Source: Raillietiella orientalis
Lineage: Eukaryota
Direction of reading: 5' to 3'
NCBI GenBank assembly: GCA_036172245.1
Contig: JAYWIR010000037.1
Span: forward strand, 1,240,001-1,304,000
Length of the DNA stretch: 64,000 nucleotides
Part shown: positions 12,260-25,499 of the stretch, piece by piece
Layout: each line of letters begins with the position of its first letter
How positions within the stretch are numbered: the first letter of the stretch is position 1
The notes under the pieces: generated by a model
Seen by the model: the letters and a program-made list of their open reading frames with translations, nothing else
Database searches by the model: none
Told to the model about the DNA's origin: nothing
Made by a program: the position numbers and the translations under genes

Positions 12260-14200
12260 TTCTTAATGCTGAAATCCTGCGGACCTATGGGATCCCGAAA
12301 TATTCCCAGGAATTTTCGCAAGTGATGAAGGTAGCAAAAATGTACGTTGAAGTTGGGCACCGACTCGGCGGAATTGAGAAACTGCGAGCTGTGGGCAAAG
12401 ACAGGAAAAAATTGCTCGCATGCACGCCAGGTAGCTGGTTCGATCGCACCATTTGCTTCCAGCGAAAAAGGACTTATCTATTAAGATGCCCCATCGCCAA
12501 TTTGAGCATCCCTTGCATTCCCTCAATTTGAAGTCGTTCTCAGAGATTTCACAGCAACCATGCAGGAAATTCAAATTCCATCGATTCCGTTTTTTTGTAC
12601 TTTGGTTTTCTCTACGAGTCTGAATTTTCAAAAAGTGCTCCAAAGTTTTCTCACTGCAACGATGGAACCAAATCCTGCCGATCACCGGCGATGAAGAAAT
12701 TTCATGGCCATTTGATCAACTAGAAAGTTACACAATCATCGAATACGGTGCTCGGCATCAGCTGCTTTGGTCCTTCGTTCATAGAATTTTCACTTGGATC
12801 ATGGGGAAGAAACTACAGTATAATTTCTGAACTGTGGCACTGGAACACATACCCTTTTGATCCGTCTTTCGAAACACTCAGCGCTGCTACTTGGAATGAC
12901 GAAAATCGGTTGTCTTTTCGGAACTTTCCAAAAAGTCTTTCGCCCAAATGCAGCAAGCAAGAGAAACCCTCTCATAAAATTTGATGGAGGAACTAATACT
13001 GGAACTCATGCTTTCGACCCAATTCCGCAGTTTCCAAAACGTCTTTTGTCTGCCGACAGATTCATCCGAACGCCTTATTCAGGTTCCCTTTACTCAGCAG
13101 TTCCAGATTCCTTTGATTTGAAGAGACCTCCACATTCAATCCACGCGATTTGAGTCGACAGAGAAGCGCCCACAGCACTCATTTAGACCTGGACAACGAT
13201 TCCTGCAATGTCCAGCAATCGACACGTGCCCTACTTGAAGAAGACACATTTGAGATTTTCTAGGAGCCTCCACACTGTATGCATGAGAAACAGATGTGAT
13301 GGTGGTTTCCATGACGTTGCTCACTTTCGGAGGAAACGGGCATCATAATGATTCGATAGAGCACGAGATGTACGAAGAATGTAGCACCATTCTGAAAATT
13401 GGTAAAGCATTGCGTTTATGGCTCACCGCTGTCTGAAAATCGATTCCTTGCCAGTAAGATGCCAAAAATGAAAGAACCTCAGGGAAACAAGAAGTTCTGT
13501 TTCTCAGCATGCAACTCATGCAACCCTTGCGCCCCATTGCCAAAATCATGTTTGGTATAAGAAAATGAAATGCTTTCCTATCAAATTTTTAAAAGCGGTG
13601 CCGCTCGCAGCAGAGAATTCCCCAATATCCCAGCAGCAGCAACATGTGCTCAATGGCTGATGTAGATATCTGAATGGAGCAATAAAATCACTTGATCAAC
13701 TAGAGTAGAAAAGATCTTCAGAAATTATAAACTCATAAGGTGAACTGATACCGATACTGAGCACTTCTGCTCATGAATTGTATTGGGATCATCCAAAGTG
13801 GAGCATCTCTGAAAGTAGCAATCTTTCAAACATCCATCGGAACGGGCATCATGGTTGTGACGAAACCGAAAAGTCACTCACAGCTGGATGCTGCTTTAAG
13901 TAGGATTAGATCCGTGCAAATCTGCTGTGGACAATTCTTCAAATAGCAAAGGAACTTTGTAAGTTTTGCAGATGGCCTTTGGCTCATTGAGGATATCCAT
14001 TACAGAGTGGGGTATTCAAGAGCGTGGAAATGTTCCCTGATTCAAATGGCCACCCCAAAAGGAACAATTAGGAAATCGTTGATTTTATTCGATTCCGGAG
14101 CTTCTTTGGCTCGAATAAGTTAACATTTCTGAACAAGCAGCAACGAAAACAAATTAAATTTTGGAGATTCCTCAGCCTAAAAACTGAGGTAAGCTTCTGT
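12260..14200 (+). pseudogene. EVE: L protein, RdRp motif B through capping domain
   Basis: GHRLGGIEKLR (motif B GGIEGLR; ORF 12322..12531), SLGSWG..YPFDPSFETLS (cf. LGG..FPDPVTESLS; ORF 12748..12984), PDSFDLKRP (cf. DP.SLN..RP), DFLGASTL..GGFHDV, IITHKV (HR-like), AIFQ (motif E-like). Confidence 0.65.
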
Positions 14201-14479
14201 GCAACGAGTCCTCGCTTTTACGAGTCACAGATTAATTAAGTAATTGCATATAGCAAATGAAACTGCATTTTCCTCCCCCTTCCACCCGTATGGAGAGAAA
14301 AGCAACTTGCGTCCGTGATTCGGTTTTCTGCCATCTCTGCCATAATTCCTTGTCTTAGCTTGAAGAGCCTTTCTCTTCCTCGTGGACCTGAATCGAACCA
14401 GGAGTTCCGAATTCCGTTCACGGAAATTTGTATCCCCGTAAGCTAGAAGAGACGGACTCCCAAGGAAGATGGTAGAGAG

Positions 14480-14990
14480 TTCGAACAGAATGCTCTCAAA
14501 TTGATGGATTAGCATCGAATGAGCTGTCCTTTGGAGAAACCATGGCGAAGGTAATCGCAATGCACTCCAAGGTGATGAAATTCATTTATAGCACGGCAAC
14601 AAGGCAGACCATTATAATTTCCTGCGCCTTCAGGAGCACTCTTTTCGAAAAGGTGAAATCCATGATGATTATTAACGACACCACTTTTCATGCCACCAAA
14701 CACGTTGTGATAATAGCGTACTCATCGTATAACTGTTAAAATCACTATGATAAACAAAACAGCCTACATAAGGATATAGAGCACTGTAGATCTGAAAAGA
14801 TGGGACTCTCGAAATCAATAAAACAGGGAACGCAAGCATACCGACGCCTCCCATAAAGCAGATGTTTTCTTTCACAGAAATAAACCGGTGTGGGTTTTTT
14901 TGATGCTTGCACATTAAGTGAATAGACACATTGATGATAGATAGGAGAGCCGATTTTCATTTCAATGCAGAGAAAGCCAAAAGAATACAT
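14480..14990 (-). pseudogene. Possible decayed multi-pass membrane protein fragment (methuselah/secretin-type GPCR-like)
   Basis: Successive hydrophobic helices (GGVGMLAFPVLLIS, YAIITTCLVA*KVVSLIIIM, IIMVCLVAVL*MNFITL); no diagnostic motif. Confidence 0.25.
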
Positions 14991-15049
14991 TCATCACGTG
15001 CAGTGTATATCTCTCCATTGCTCTGAGCTAAGTCAGAACTCTTTGCTTC

Positions 15050-16960
15050 GTTTCCGTTGCCTCAGTCTGGAAACACAAGCCGCGCTCTGATTTCTGTGTT
15101 GAAACACTCAAATGAACATCTTCCACTTGATCGAAGGGAAGGCAAACACCAGCAAGGTACACCTTCTAGACTGCTGCTGACTTTCCCCATGCCATTTGCT
15201 CAGAAAACCCATCAACTGCACTGCATTTCAAAACTTTTGCAATTCGTTTCATCATCGAAAGCAGAAGTCAATGACAGAAGTCATTTGATTAGACTGAACC
15301 CACAGAGACGCCTGTCTTTGTGGGTTCAGTTTGATTTTGCTTCTATATTTCTCTGGCAGCTGTTTTGGAATTCTCCTTTTGAGAGGTACACTTAAGAATC
15401 AGGTTCTTGACATCTCATACTCATTCTCTCAGAGAACTTCGTGTACTGAATGGAACTTTGGAGTAATGATTTTTTAGGTTAGCACACAAGACACAGACCA
15501 GTATCATGAATTATGAAGCAAACCATTCAATGCAGCTTATTCAGAGTTCAGGCGGCCTTTGTGAAGATCTGGATTGCATGCAGATCTGTCCCTTTGTCTT
15601 TAAAAGGCTAGAAACAAGCACTCATCCTGAGTGACTTCTTCGTGCCATTCTCGTTTTTTGGATCACCGTATGCTTGTTCCAAATTTTCTCGTAGCTGGAT
15701 TTCGTTATATCTTTGCCTCGACATTCCAGTCAGGAGCTTAGCTTCCGGGTTCCCATGTACACATTTGCCTCAGCAGGTGTGATCACGGGCTCAACATCTC
15801 TTTCCTTGTGCCACGGTGCATGCTAAGCTACTTTCCCGTTACTCACGTTGACTTTTATGGTTTCTCGCGCACAAAACCCCTGTATCTGTTCTCGTGCCAT
15901 CTTACTTCACTCAGGTTCGTCATCATGAGGTAATTTTGAAAATATTCCGAGTGCCGAATTTGATTCTTCAGCTTTTTGTTTCCTAAAATTTCTATATCAG
16001 CATTTCTATATATGAATGTTTCTATCTATTTGCTCTCGTCTGCTCAGGCACGTTGCGACCATGTCCGAAGAAGCTCTTCATTTAAAAGCAGCTATAGCAC
16101 TTGAGTAACTCCATCAGGATCTCGGAATTCCGCTTTTCCTCTCGTTTCTTCCAAACAGGATTTCCAAATCAGTAGGCGTGGGACATGGGAACAGCTAAAG
16201 TTCCTGAATAAGGAGACTTGGCCACATAGCAAACGTTAACACTAACGTGGTAAGTCCCTGTTTAGGAAGCTTAGTTTTTAAATTACTGCTGTACTGTGCT
16301 CATTGGAGACAAGGTAAACGGTGGCTACCTATGAAGAACATTGATAGTCAGAAAACACTTGGTGGAATCACTAGAATCGTGGAAGCAAGCAGCGTAAATG
16401 ACGATTCATCAAGTGAACACATTCCATAAACTGATTTCTCAGAGAGAATTAGAAGGTAAACTGAAAAACAACGCGTGAAAGAGCATGGGTTGTCTAAGCT
16501 CTGTCACAGCTAAGAGATTGTGAATTAAAGGAGATATCTGTTTGCAACATTCTGAGGATGGCGCGTGGATGTAGTTCGAAAGAAAACGAAAGCTGGGGAT
16601 TCCTCAACATAGAGAATCCTGATTCTTTTGAAGCAAAAGAAACAGAAAGATTCCCGAAAATGAACAGATCTCTAGTCACGATTTATTTTTGCAAGATTTC
16701 TCGATGCTTTCCTTTGGTTTTCGAAGATAGCGCTTGTAGAATGTTGAATATGAGCTCCTGGATATGAGAAAACGCACAGACTTTTTTCGGCTATGCACTG
16801 GAAGTGTCCAATGTTGTGACTGCAACCTCACTCTCAATCATCCTTCACCGCAATCACGATTCCCTTCTTCTAAAACCAACTGTTACTGATTTCGGATGAG
16901 AACTTCTATCTGCATCCAGTCACGTACCACCTGATGAAACTGTGGTCATGATATTACGGC
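15050..16960 (-). pseudogene. EVE: L protein RdRp core
   Basis: In order: RSSHP (GHP), FYKRYLRK, FSFELHP..KQISP (DKSISP), LLLNEELLRTWSQR at 16047-16091 (motif A), RWHENRYRGFVREKP* at 15850-15908 (motif B GGFEGLRQK.W), PFKDKGT (motif D), SVIDFCFR**NEL. Confidence 0.6.
15293..15330. repeat. Hairpin (17-bp stem with one G-T pair, 4-nt loop)
   Basis: actgaacccacagagac-gcct-gtctttgtgggttcagt. Confidence 0.85.
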
Positions 16961-18004
16961 ATGTATCTTATTACATTAGGACAGGATCTCTAATTAGGCA
17001 CATTCTTTCCATTCTTTTTCTGAAGCTTTAGCTATCTTTCACTCATTCAATGCAAACAAGAATCACGAAAAATGGAAATTCACGGAAAAATGGATGGCAT
17101 ACATTTAAGAGTAAGGTGCGAAATTACTGCCAACATCCTTACTATCTGTTGTAGTAGCGCTGTTTATGAACCCATAAAAGGTTTTGAGTTAAGTCCTACA
17201 TCGTGTCAGAGTTAGAGCGTCAAGACACTGTATATGCATGGCTGTGTGATTTTTAGGAGAAGGTCGTCTCGGGGATTCTGAAAGACTGCTAGGAATCCCA
17301 GTTTTTCGCCGTCATCACCGGTGACCAATTTCTCGCGGTCACTTTTTCCAACGAGAAATGCTCCTGTTTTGCACTTTTGCAATCCTGCTTGAAAAAGAGC
17401 AGAACAAAACATCCCCTCCAAAAATGTTGCAAGGGGATGTTATTTTGCCATGCATGCAGTGTACTCAACGGAGTAAGGACGAAATAGTAAAAGGTGAGTC
17501 AGTCTTAAATAAAATATGCTGATAGTTACGCAAAAATTGAAGAAAAAAGCATTCTGGCTATCCTCAGACTTGCAGCAAATTAACTTTCAAAATCTGATAA
17601 TGAAGTTTTCTCCTGACTGGTTCTTATGTTACCAAAAAATAATTGGTAGGTAAACATCATGAAAGTACTCCCACGGTGTTCAGTGTAATACGTAGAGTTC
17701 ACATACCGTTCGGAGGCTGAGTTCTTCTGAGGTTTCTGAGAATGGCGGTTATATTCATTCTTCCGACTGCAATGAATGCATCTTGATTCGTCTTCCAAAA
17801 ATTATCGGCAGGTTCACACCTTTCCCCTTGAACGAGAGGTCAAAATGGAATTCGAATTCCCGTATGGTCCAAGTGAAGAGGGCGGAAAATCTTGACTCCT
17901 CCAAGTTTTTTTCGATTCTCTCAGTCAGAAACACATCTTGAACAAAACCAAATAATCGGAAATCCATGGCTTGGGGTTTCCGAATTCCCAATCATTGCAT
18001 AGTT

Positions 18005-19800
18005 TGGTTCCGATTTATTTGTCTTGATTGTCACCCCGGGTGTGCTGGGGAGTTTCTTTCATATATATAAAAAAAAAAAAAATAAACATTTACAATCTCT
18101 GCAGCTGCATCAGTGGTCCAACCACGTCTTTTACTCATCTAGCTTGCCGTGTAACCGGTGCGCAGACCGGCGAAGTACTCCAAGTCAGCAGAACAAACCA
18201 GGGCAAACCAGAAAAAAAAAAAAAAAAAGAAACAAAAATGAAAATGATTAGACAAATTCGGGGAAATGCGGGAAGGATCACGTTCTGCTGGGGGCAGTCC
18301 TCTGCAACCTCTGCAGATGGAGACAAGCTCTTGCTGGATGATGTTTCCCAGGTAGGGCCATCTTACTGCCATCCTCATGAATCGGACAGCAAAGTGGATG
18401 GCATCCCTCTCACTCGGTCCTCCTCTTGCGTTGGCCAGGACGCTAGGATTCCGCGTAGGCAGCACAGTGCTTCTGGCGGGGCTGCGGGTCGAAGGGCGTC
18501 GCGTGGGAGGAGGGACCGTAAAGCGTCCCCGGAGTTGAAGCCGGGTGTTCCCAGAGGACCTCGAAAGCAACACAGTCCACAAGCAGATTCAGGAGGGATT
18601 CACGCTCCTCGCACCTGCGACAGTTCGGGCCCACAGACTCGAATTCAGTGAAGCCGCTGGACGCTGCACGGGAGGCTCCAGCGCAGCAGCAGCAACGCCT
18701 ATTCCTGCTACTTTCACAAAAGGGCGTGTGTGTCCAAAAGCACTAGGGGCCACTGCCAGTCTTCCTCCGGAATATCGAGTAGCTCACCTCGGCGCTAAAG
18801 TCCTCCGAATCGCAGCGTCTGCAAGTTGATCAGTCGTCCACTCACCAAGTCCTTTTCTCCCGGCGGAGATTTCCTTGGAGGCCTCCCATCTAGCCGTCTG
18901 GCTGCTGTTTATATGTTCCCTTGGGGAAGGCAGCGCTGCGGCGAAAAAGGTTCTTCCTGCCCACGCACTCTTTCCTGGATCTTCAATGATTTTGCGGAGT
19001 GGACAGTTGTAGCGTCCGTACAGGAAACAGTGTAACTGTTTTAGGCATCGTTCCTAATTCCTCCCCCACGTGCGAACAGTTTCTTGCGGCCAAGCACTAC
19101 CGTTCGCGGGACTTGAACTCGGTTACGCCGGGACGTTTACACGTTGTGGTCCATTTGGTGCAGTGGGGGAGAGAAGAAAAGAGGTGGAAGAAGGGCTAGT
19201 TATGATCTGGTCCTTCCCGGACGATTTCGCTCGTTTTATATGCTCCCGTCACTGGTGAGCTGTTCATCCACAGATGTATCGTATGCGCTAGGGAGTCTTC
19301 GAACAGGGCCGAAGATGTTTTTCACCCAGCAGATTCTCGGCCTACTATGTAGAAATGTCTCACTCGAAGCCCTTGAGCAGCTCCACCTCCTTTGGAATCA
19401 TTGGACCGTGGGGTTCCCCTACTTTCTCCCAACTGACAGAGAGCATGGATATACCTACCATGTGAGCCTCCTTTTTCCTTGGTTTACTGTAAACTCGCAA
19501 TTCCTGGAAACAGCTCACCAGCTGCTTTTTAGTGAGCTCAGTAGATTCTCGTACGACTCAGCACGCGTATAACGCTGTGAATTCGCCCCGTAGAACGTGG
19601 CGCATAAATTTTCAATATCCAGCCTTCAGACCTCAGTTGAACCCATCGGAACTTTTACCTGACTTATAAACCCATTTAAATAAATTTTATATTTTTATAT
19701 AAACACTACCATGTTGATCATTTACGACCCCTGGGGCTCTCCATGACGCGGAGGTGCATTCTCCGCGTTATGCGAATCTACTGAATTTGCTCCCTCACTG
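18005..19800 (-). mobile_element. L1/Tx1-clade LINE, 5'-truncated ORF2 (RT, C-terminal zinc knuckle) and 3'UTR
   Basis: IYLNGFISQ (RT domain 4 region), FTVNQGK, GGL, CRRCEERESLLNLLVDC (CCHC knuckle; ORF 18443..18634), poly-T 3'UTR, terminal ccccagcacacccggggtga and AATAAA. Confidence 0.75.
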
Positions 19801-19859
19801 AAGACAGAGTATATATTGCTTAAACAATCTATGCAACAAAATTAAAGGAACAACAACTA

Positions 19860-20700
19860 ATGCCATGAAAGGCGTTGAATCAGAGAGAGAAGCCATGAGG
19901 AAACTCAAATTACGAGGTCCTCTCGTCTTGAATTTCTATGCGGACAATGGACGCCTTGTGTTCTTCGTCACCGAAGTGGGATCCAATATACTTTTTCTTA
20001 CTGTTTTTTGCTGTCCTCCTATTTTTCCTCAAATTTTCCATCGTAATTCATGGGGATGGCTTTTCTGCGAGAGTGTTTCCCAAGGAACATTTACAGAAAT
20101 AGCTCAGACACACTTCATGACCTCATGTCGGCATCCTGGCATGCTGACATAGGTGCACCGGAAAGACAAGTTCGAGAAGGCGGATTTCACAATTCCAGGA
20201 CGAGCGAGCCTGGAATCGTAAAAGTGGATTTGCTGCAAGCAGGTAACGAAAACCCAGCTGAAAAGTTTGAGAGATTCCCTTTTGGGAAGAAAAATGTGGA
20301 GGGAAAGTCAACATTCACCTACTGGAGACCGCTGTCCCGACATGCCATTCTTCTATGCCGGCCACGGAGAGCTGTGTGTACGTTTGGTGCCTATGAACAT
20401 CACCTCCACTTCACGAACATTTCGAAATAGAGTGAGCAGGAGGTTGGCACTGTTACTTCCTGGGCATCGAGGGGCATATTTTGAAATCGAGGGTCCAGCT
20501 AAGGAATCTGCCTCGTGCCCGCTGAAATTATTGTCATGGCGACCTTGGGAACGAGTAAGTTGTGATTGCAGTGATGTGAAAGCAAGATGAATGAAAAATA
20601 TTGTGCAGCAGACAAGACGAGGATTTGGGGCACCTTCAAAAATGAAGAAACGTCAGCAGCAAATATTTGGGATAAAACAGGAAAAACAATAAGGACGGAT
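19860..20700 (+). pseudogene. Possible orthomyxovirus NP-like EVE
   Basis: AVCTFGAYEHHL (cf. H.IFGTY.EDL), PLKLLSW (cf. L..RYW); weak. Confidence 0.25.
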
Positions 20701-21059
20701 CAAGAAGAATACAGGGCAGATTTACAAGGCAGATTTGTTGTTCAGCAACAGCTCTAACTTTGCAATGCACTCTCTAATTTATGAGTTCGCTTTCCTACTT
20801 CTCATTGCCTCCTTGTACAAACCAAAACTTGTTTTCCTTGAATCGTTTACCGACATTGGTATTTAATTGCCAGTGCTTTTTGGCATGCGTGCAATTTTTT
20901 CCTGCATCCACAAACGAAATAAATTTCGCATTATTTGATGAAAGCTTGAATTACATCTTTTCACTCGCTATTGCGTTACATAAACCAGATCTCGAAGGTG
21001 TTGTTCCAGAAAATGTTCAGTGAGTTCTCCCTTGCTAATTCATTTTGCTGTTGCTGATC

Positions 21060-22064
21060 TACAGTTTCTCAAACTCGTGCTTGCTTTGTATAAACGACAC
21101 CACCGCTTCTCATCTGTCTACTTTGTGCTCTTGAAAACTGACTGACCAGTATTTCGAATTTATTCCTGAAGTTATTTATGTAAATCCGTTAATGCCTGGG
21201 GGCAATTTTTGCAAGACTGTATCTACTCTTAGACTGCTGATCGTTTTCAGGGAACAGAAGCTGCTTGCAAAGGTCACCAGTTTTCGGTGTTGAAGGCAGC
21301 CGATCGTAGATGGAACTTTCCATCCTCTGCTAGGAATAAAAGCACACAATAAGCATCACGACGAATAATCCTGTAAGATCCTATAAGCTGTACCAGGGAT
21401 TCAAGGATCCCCTGGCTACGGAAATTCAGGATACACAACTGTCTTGTGTGTGAAGAAAGTGCCTCTGCAACAAAGAATCTCCTATTTATTGATGCTGCTC
21501 AAGTGAAGTCAATGCTAAAAAAGGCTACTATGGAAAAAAGTAATGTGGTCCAAAAATCCAAAATCCTGCTTCCAATCCCATAGTGAAAGCTCTCAGAAAG
21601 GTGCGGGAGTGTTTTACTGCTTCCAGGAAACTTAGTTAGTCATCTGGCAGGCTCCACACGTTCGGGGTGAAGTGTATTCCTCGTGGGATGACTTTCAGCT
21701 CGATCTAGGAACGGCAAGACAGCGGCGTCATTCTTTGGTCAACGCACGAGCGCCGAGGTCGTCTACAAATCGTTTGAAAAGATATGATCGATGCTGCTCC
21801 TATCCCTGATACCCCTGCTAACAATTTGCAGATTTGGGTAGCTAGTCACAACTCGCTGACCAGATTGACCTATCATCAGGGAAATTTTAGAATGCCTCTC
21901 TATCCGTTAGATTCGAATAGCCAATATCTCCTGAGGGTGTCTTAGAAACGCGTTCTAGCCTCGTGCATGCTGGAACTCCTCTGGAGTAAATCTTGGTAAC
22001 GTTGATGGTGTCACCATTATCTTCATCAGGAAGGCCACCTCGCACGAGCATACGGAGCCACAAC
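21060..22064 (-). pseudogene. EVE: L protein, RdRp motifs D/E to start of capping domain
   Basis: GGLP (motif D), KIYSRGVPACTRLERVSK at 21941-22000 (cf. Y.GVPL.T.LKR.SR), AGVSGIGAASIIS/YLFKRFVDDL, WSLPDD*LS, SQGILESLVQLIGSYRIIRR at 21358-21420 (cf. VSV LGVADGLISLFQNSRTIR). Confidence 0.7.
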
Positions 22065-22332
22065 AAATGTATTCTGATGATTAGAGCCTAGTATTTCTTT
22101 GCAATTTCTGATGCACTGCTTGATAAACCTCAAAAGCTTCTTGGTATTCACCACTTTTATCTAGCACCGTGGCTGTTTTGCCCTGAGTAAACAAAGTATC
22201 TGCATGCTTGAGTCCTATCGCTTTTTTTAATAGTCTTATAGCTTGCCTCCCAAATGAAATAGCTTCTTCACAACTTACATCATCTTGCTGTCTTCCAGAA
22301 ATTTGACTTGGTAACCAACTAACTTTTAGTAA
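22065..22332 (-). pseudogene. Bacterial (Wolbachia-like) kinesin-light-chain-type TPR repeat fragment
   Basis: GLKHADTLFTQGKTATVLDKSGEYQEAFEVYQAVHQKL, then (frameshift) EILGSNHQNT; C-terminal part of ORF 22081..22431. Confidence 0.65.
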
Positions 22333-22446
22333 CAGTGCTTCAGCGGTAAACGCGCGAATTTCTAACAAAAAATCACGATTTATTGGACGATCCAGTAATT
22401 CAAATAATCTTGATCCATAATCTCTACGCATTATACTGATGCCAAT
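22333..22446 (-). pseudogene. gpW: Phage WO baseplate assembly protein W (GPW/gp25 family) fragment
   Basis: IGISIMRRDYGSRLFELLDRPINRDFLLEIRAFTAEAL matches the MRRDYGSRLFEL.D.PINRD..LEI.A.TAEAL core of Wolbachia WO gpW; only about 38 codons are present. Confidence 0.85.
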
Positions 22447-22449
22447 TCA

Positions 22450-22600
22450 ACCTTCTAGCTATATTAGACTGAGTATCAAGTGCATTACAATGATTTGGTC
22501 CTAGTACCTCTTTCCTCTTTGGTAATACATTATTAAATGCAATTTCTTGATATCTGCCAAGCTCTAATAGGGTTAGAGCCATATTATTTTGAAGAGCCAA
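22450..22600 (-). pseudogene. Second TPR repeat fragment (Wolbachia-like)
   Basis: LQNNMALTLLELGRYQEIAFNNVLPKRKEVLGPNHCNALDTQSNIA. Confidence 0.65.
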
Positions 22601-22699
22601 GTCACCAAGAAATCCTTGTCTGAATCCTTACTACGTCCGTAAATGTCCAGCTCTTCTAGCCAGCTGGAAGTCAAGAGAAGTAACAGTAATTACGAGTCT

Positions 22700-25200
22700 A
22701 TGATTTTGTAAAAGTGGCGTCGGTTCAAAAGGTTCGTAGCTGAGTAGGGACTTTGTAGCTCCGCTTCTCAATCTGGAATAGATTGGCTGGAGTTTTCAAT
22801 ATGCTCGTGATCCTATGGTTTATTTCTATGATGAAATTTTTGAAAAAAGCCGATTTTCTCTCTGTTTTGGGGAAATTACTCATCATACTCATGGATTTCA
22901 TCCCCTGAATAGCATCAGGTCTATTGATTGTCTATGCTCATCTCCGCATTACGGATTCTGAGTATCTAGAGGATCTAGGTGCCGTCCGCACCAACCATAG
23001 GATGGGAGACTTGTTAGTTCTTGATCATAGTAGGCGAGTAGCGTGAAAGTTATTATTGAATAAGGTTCCGATTTGCTTATTAATTTACTTGAAACAGCTT
23101 TCTTTCCGCTGGCATTGAGCTGAACTTGGAAATTTTCCTTCAGAAATGATATTCCGAAACCCCTAGCTGAAGACTGCAGTATATTCGGGAATTTCATTTC
23201 AGGGTCTCAACTCTGGATGCTGCTATTCTTAGCCACTGTTATTGTGGGAACAGCTTGGCTGAGTTGATGATGATTAACCCTTCCTACTATGAGTAAATAC
23301 CTGACCTGCATTTTTCAAAGTGAAGCACGAGTTCCTTCTTAGCTGTAAGAATATCGATTTTTTTTTTCAATTTGATTGAGCAGCAGAGGCAGGGAAGAAT
23401 TCCGGAGCAATCAAGCACATTCACTAGCGGGAGTTCGCCGTTCGATATTGCGACCATGGGAAGGCAATAAAAAATCGCAAACTTCGCATCGAAGTTCCAA
23501 TACATCAGTCGTGCGTTTCTTCGTCCAATAATAATTGCCTGAGGTTTCGCACAGCATCCCTGGATAGTGAATTCCGCTGATAATCTTAGCGAAACGCAAC
23601 AGCAGATTTCGAACCTGAAAATTAATCTTAATATTGTTACAGATGCGATAGAAATTCTCGTATCACTGTGCTCAGACTGCAAAATTACGTCTCTGTGCAA
23701 TACGTATGATTCACAAACTGAGACTTTGGAAAGATGGCGGAAGAAAGCTTCATTCATTGGTATTCTGTGGGCAGGAGCTGTGCAGAAAACTGCTTTACGG
23801 ATAACTTTCTTAAGCAATCAAATGTTCACGGGCTTGGAAAACCATCTGTGGGATGAAATAATTTATAGCCTTCAATTCTAATCTTTTTGGCATGCAGTTT
23901 TCAACATCAACAACTGCTTGAGTTTGATGACCAACATCTTAAACTGAGACTAGGGAGTGCAAGGTCGGTTACACTAATGGTGCTCTAAAACACTAGAACC
24001 TAAAGACGCCCGACCGACGTGTGTATGTCCATAATTGCTGTGTCTTTGTACACAGATACAAGAGGAATTCTGCATGGAGTTCTATCGGAATACTCCTCGG
24101 TCGAAATTCGAAGTACACGCAACTTTACACGTGTTCCCAGAGTTTCTTTCGGGACTTTTCCTTCCTGGTACCGGATGCTGAATTCTTGTGGCATCTGTGT
24201 TCATCTTCCTGATGGTAGTGGAGAACGTAGTGCCGCCTTCTTGGAAAGATGAGTTCGCGTTTCGCTTGCTGCGCTCTAAATTTGAAAGTTTGCTCCTTGC
24301 GCGATGGGGAATGGGGAGGGAGGGAACAAACTGTGTAGGAAACGCCAATGGCCGGAAATCGAGTTTGCGAGACCAGGGACACAGATTCATGCCACCAATG
24401 TTCGCTATCCTGCTCTTCCAGCTAGCCTTTATTTTGCTCACGAGCTTTGTTCATTGCAGGTTCATCTGAAGTCGTCTTTTACTATTCATACGAATGCACA
24501 TCGAAGGTTTTGCAGGTAATTCTCTAATCGACGATTTCATCCGAAATCCAGTTTCTGTTGCGGCTGCAGGAAGAGAAGTGTAGAAATCTATCACTAATTC
24601 CTGCATTTCATGGGTCCAGATTTCGTTTTCCTTGTCACTGTCTCTAACAAGTAGCTGTAGCTGATATCCATGCAAAACATCTTTGTTTCTTTTCCTTTTT
24701 TTTTGGAACAACGGACATCGGAAGCTTCCAGGTCTGCTATTTTCCCTGCCATTATTTTAAAAAAGGCGGCATCTTTCACCTGTTTGGAATTTCACCATGC
24801 GTACTTTTACCTGTATTTTGGGTATATAAACAGAGGGAAATTACGCTACGTCATGGTACCCACGAAGGGCATTCCTTCATTCGTTTCTGCATGGTGTTTT
24901 CAATCAGCTTTACTATCTTTTGTTTTGCTCAGAATTGCACTTCCTGTTGTGAAAGGTGAGATGGTTTTTGGAAACTTTTGTTTGGAAAGCTGAAATAGTG
25001 CATGTCTGCTTTGAATTCTTGAATAGAAAAAGAAATGTAAGGAGTATAACGGTATGGAATCCAAGGCTTAAGCAGCCAATGAGAAGAGGTTTTCCAGTTT
25101 GCATGAGAACTTGAAATAATGGAAATTGAAAAAAAAAATCAAAAGTAATGAGATTTCTGCTAAATAATGCACAAATAGGCTGAAGATGCATAAGACTGTG
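22700..25200 (-). pseudogene. EVE: L protein, end of RdRp through capping domain into connector
   Basis: LCLYTQNTG (cf. RL..RNIGDP), IDFYTSLPAA (ORF 24451..24711), KIKASWKSRIANIGG (ORF 24082..24441), GKVPKETLGTR (cf. RG..PYLGS.T; ORF 24000..24194), DVGHQ (HR-like), NYFIPQMVFQA at 23830-23870 (motif E). Confidence 0.6.
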
Positions 25201-25499
25201 TACAACATAAAGTCCTCATATTCGGCTTATCATTTATGACGAACAGGAACATGAAATCGGGACAAATGTGTTCTTCATGAACCTCTGGCTATTTCGATCT
25301 CAAGAGCATTAGAGGACTCACGTACCCATGTACTTTGGTCTTTCGCATTTATTTTGTCTTTATGAGGCGAGGACCCTGTGTTCAAGATTGAAAGCAAATT
25401 CTTAGGTAATGGGAGATGTCTCTTGCTGATTTTGCGATGACCCTTTTATCATAGATTTCACCTCGAGTTTCCTAGCTCGTTCTCTGTTCGATGCGTGTT

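Noticed and set aside
17590..17760. PIF1/Helitron helicase-like IPFGG*VLL
   Set aside because: Single short motif with no GDF.QL or Walker A support.
22065..22600. Intact WO prophage or functional gpW gene
   Set aside because: Only about a third of gpW is present, with no neighbouring baseplate genes.
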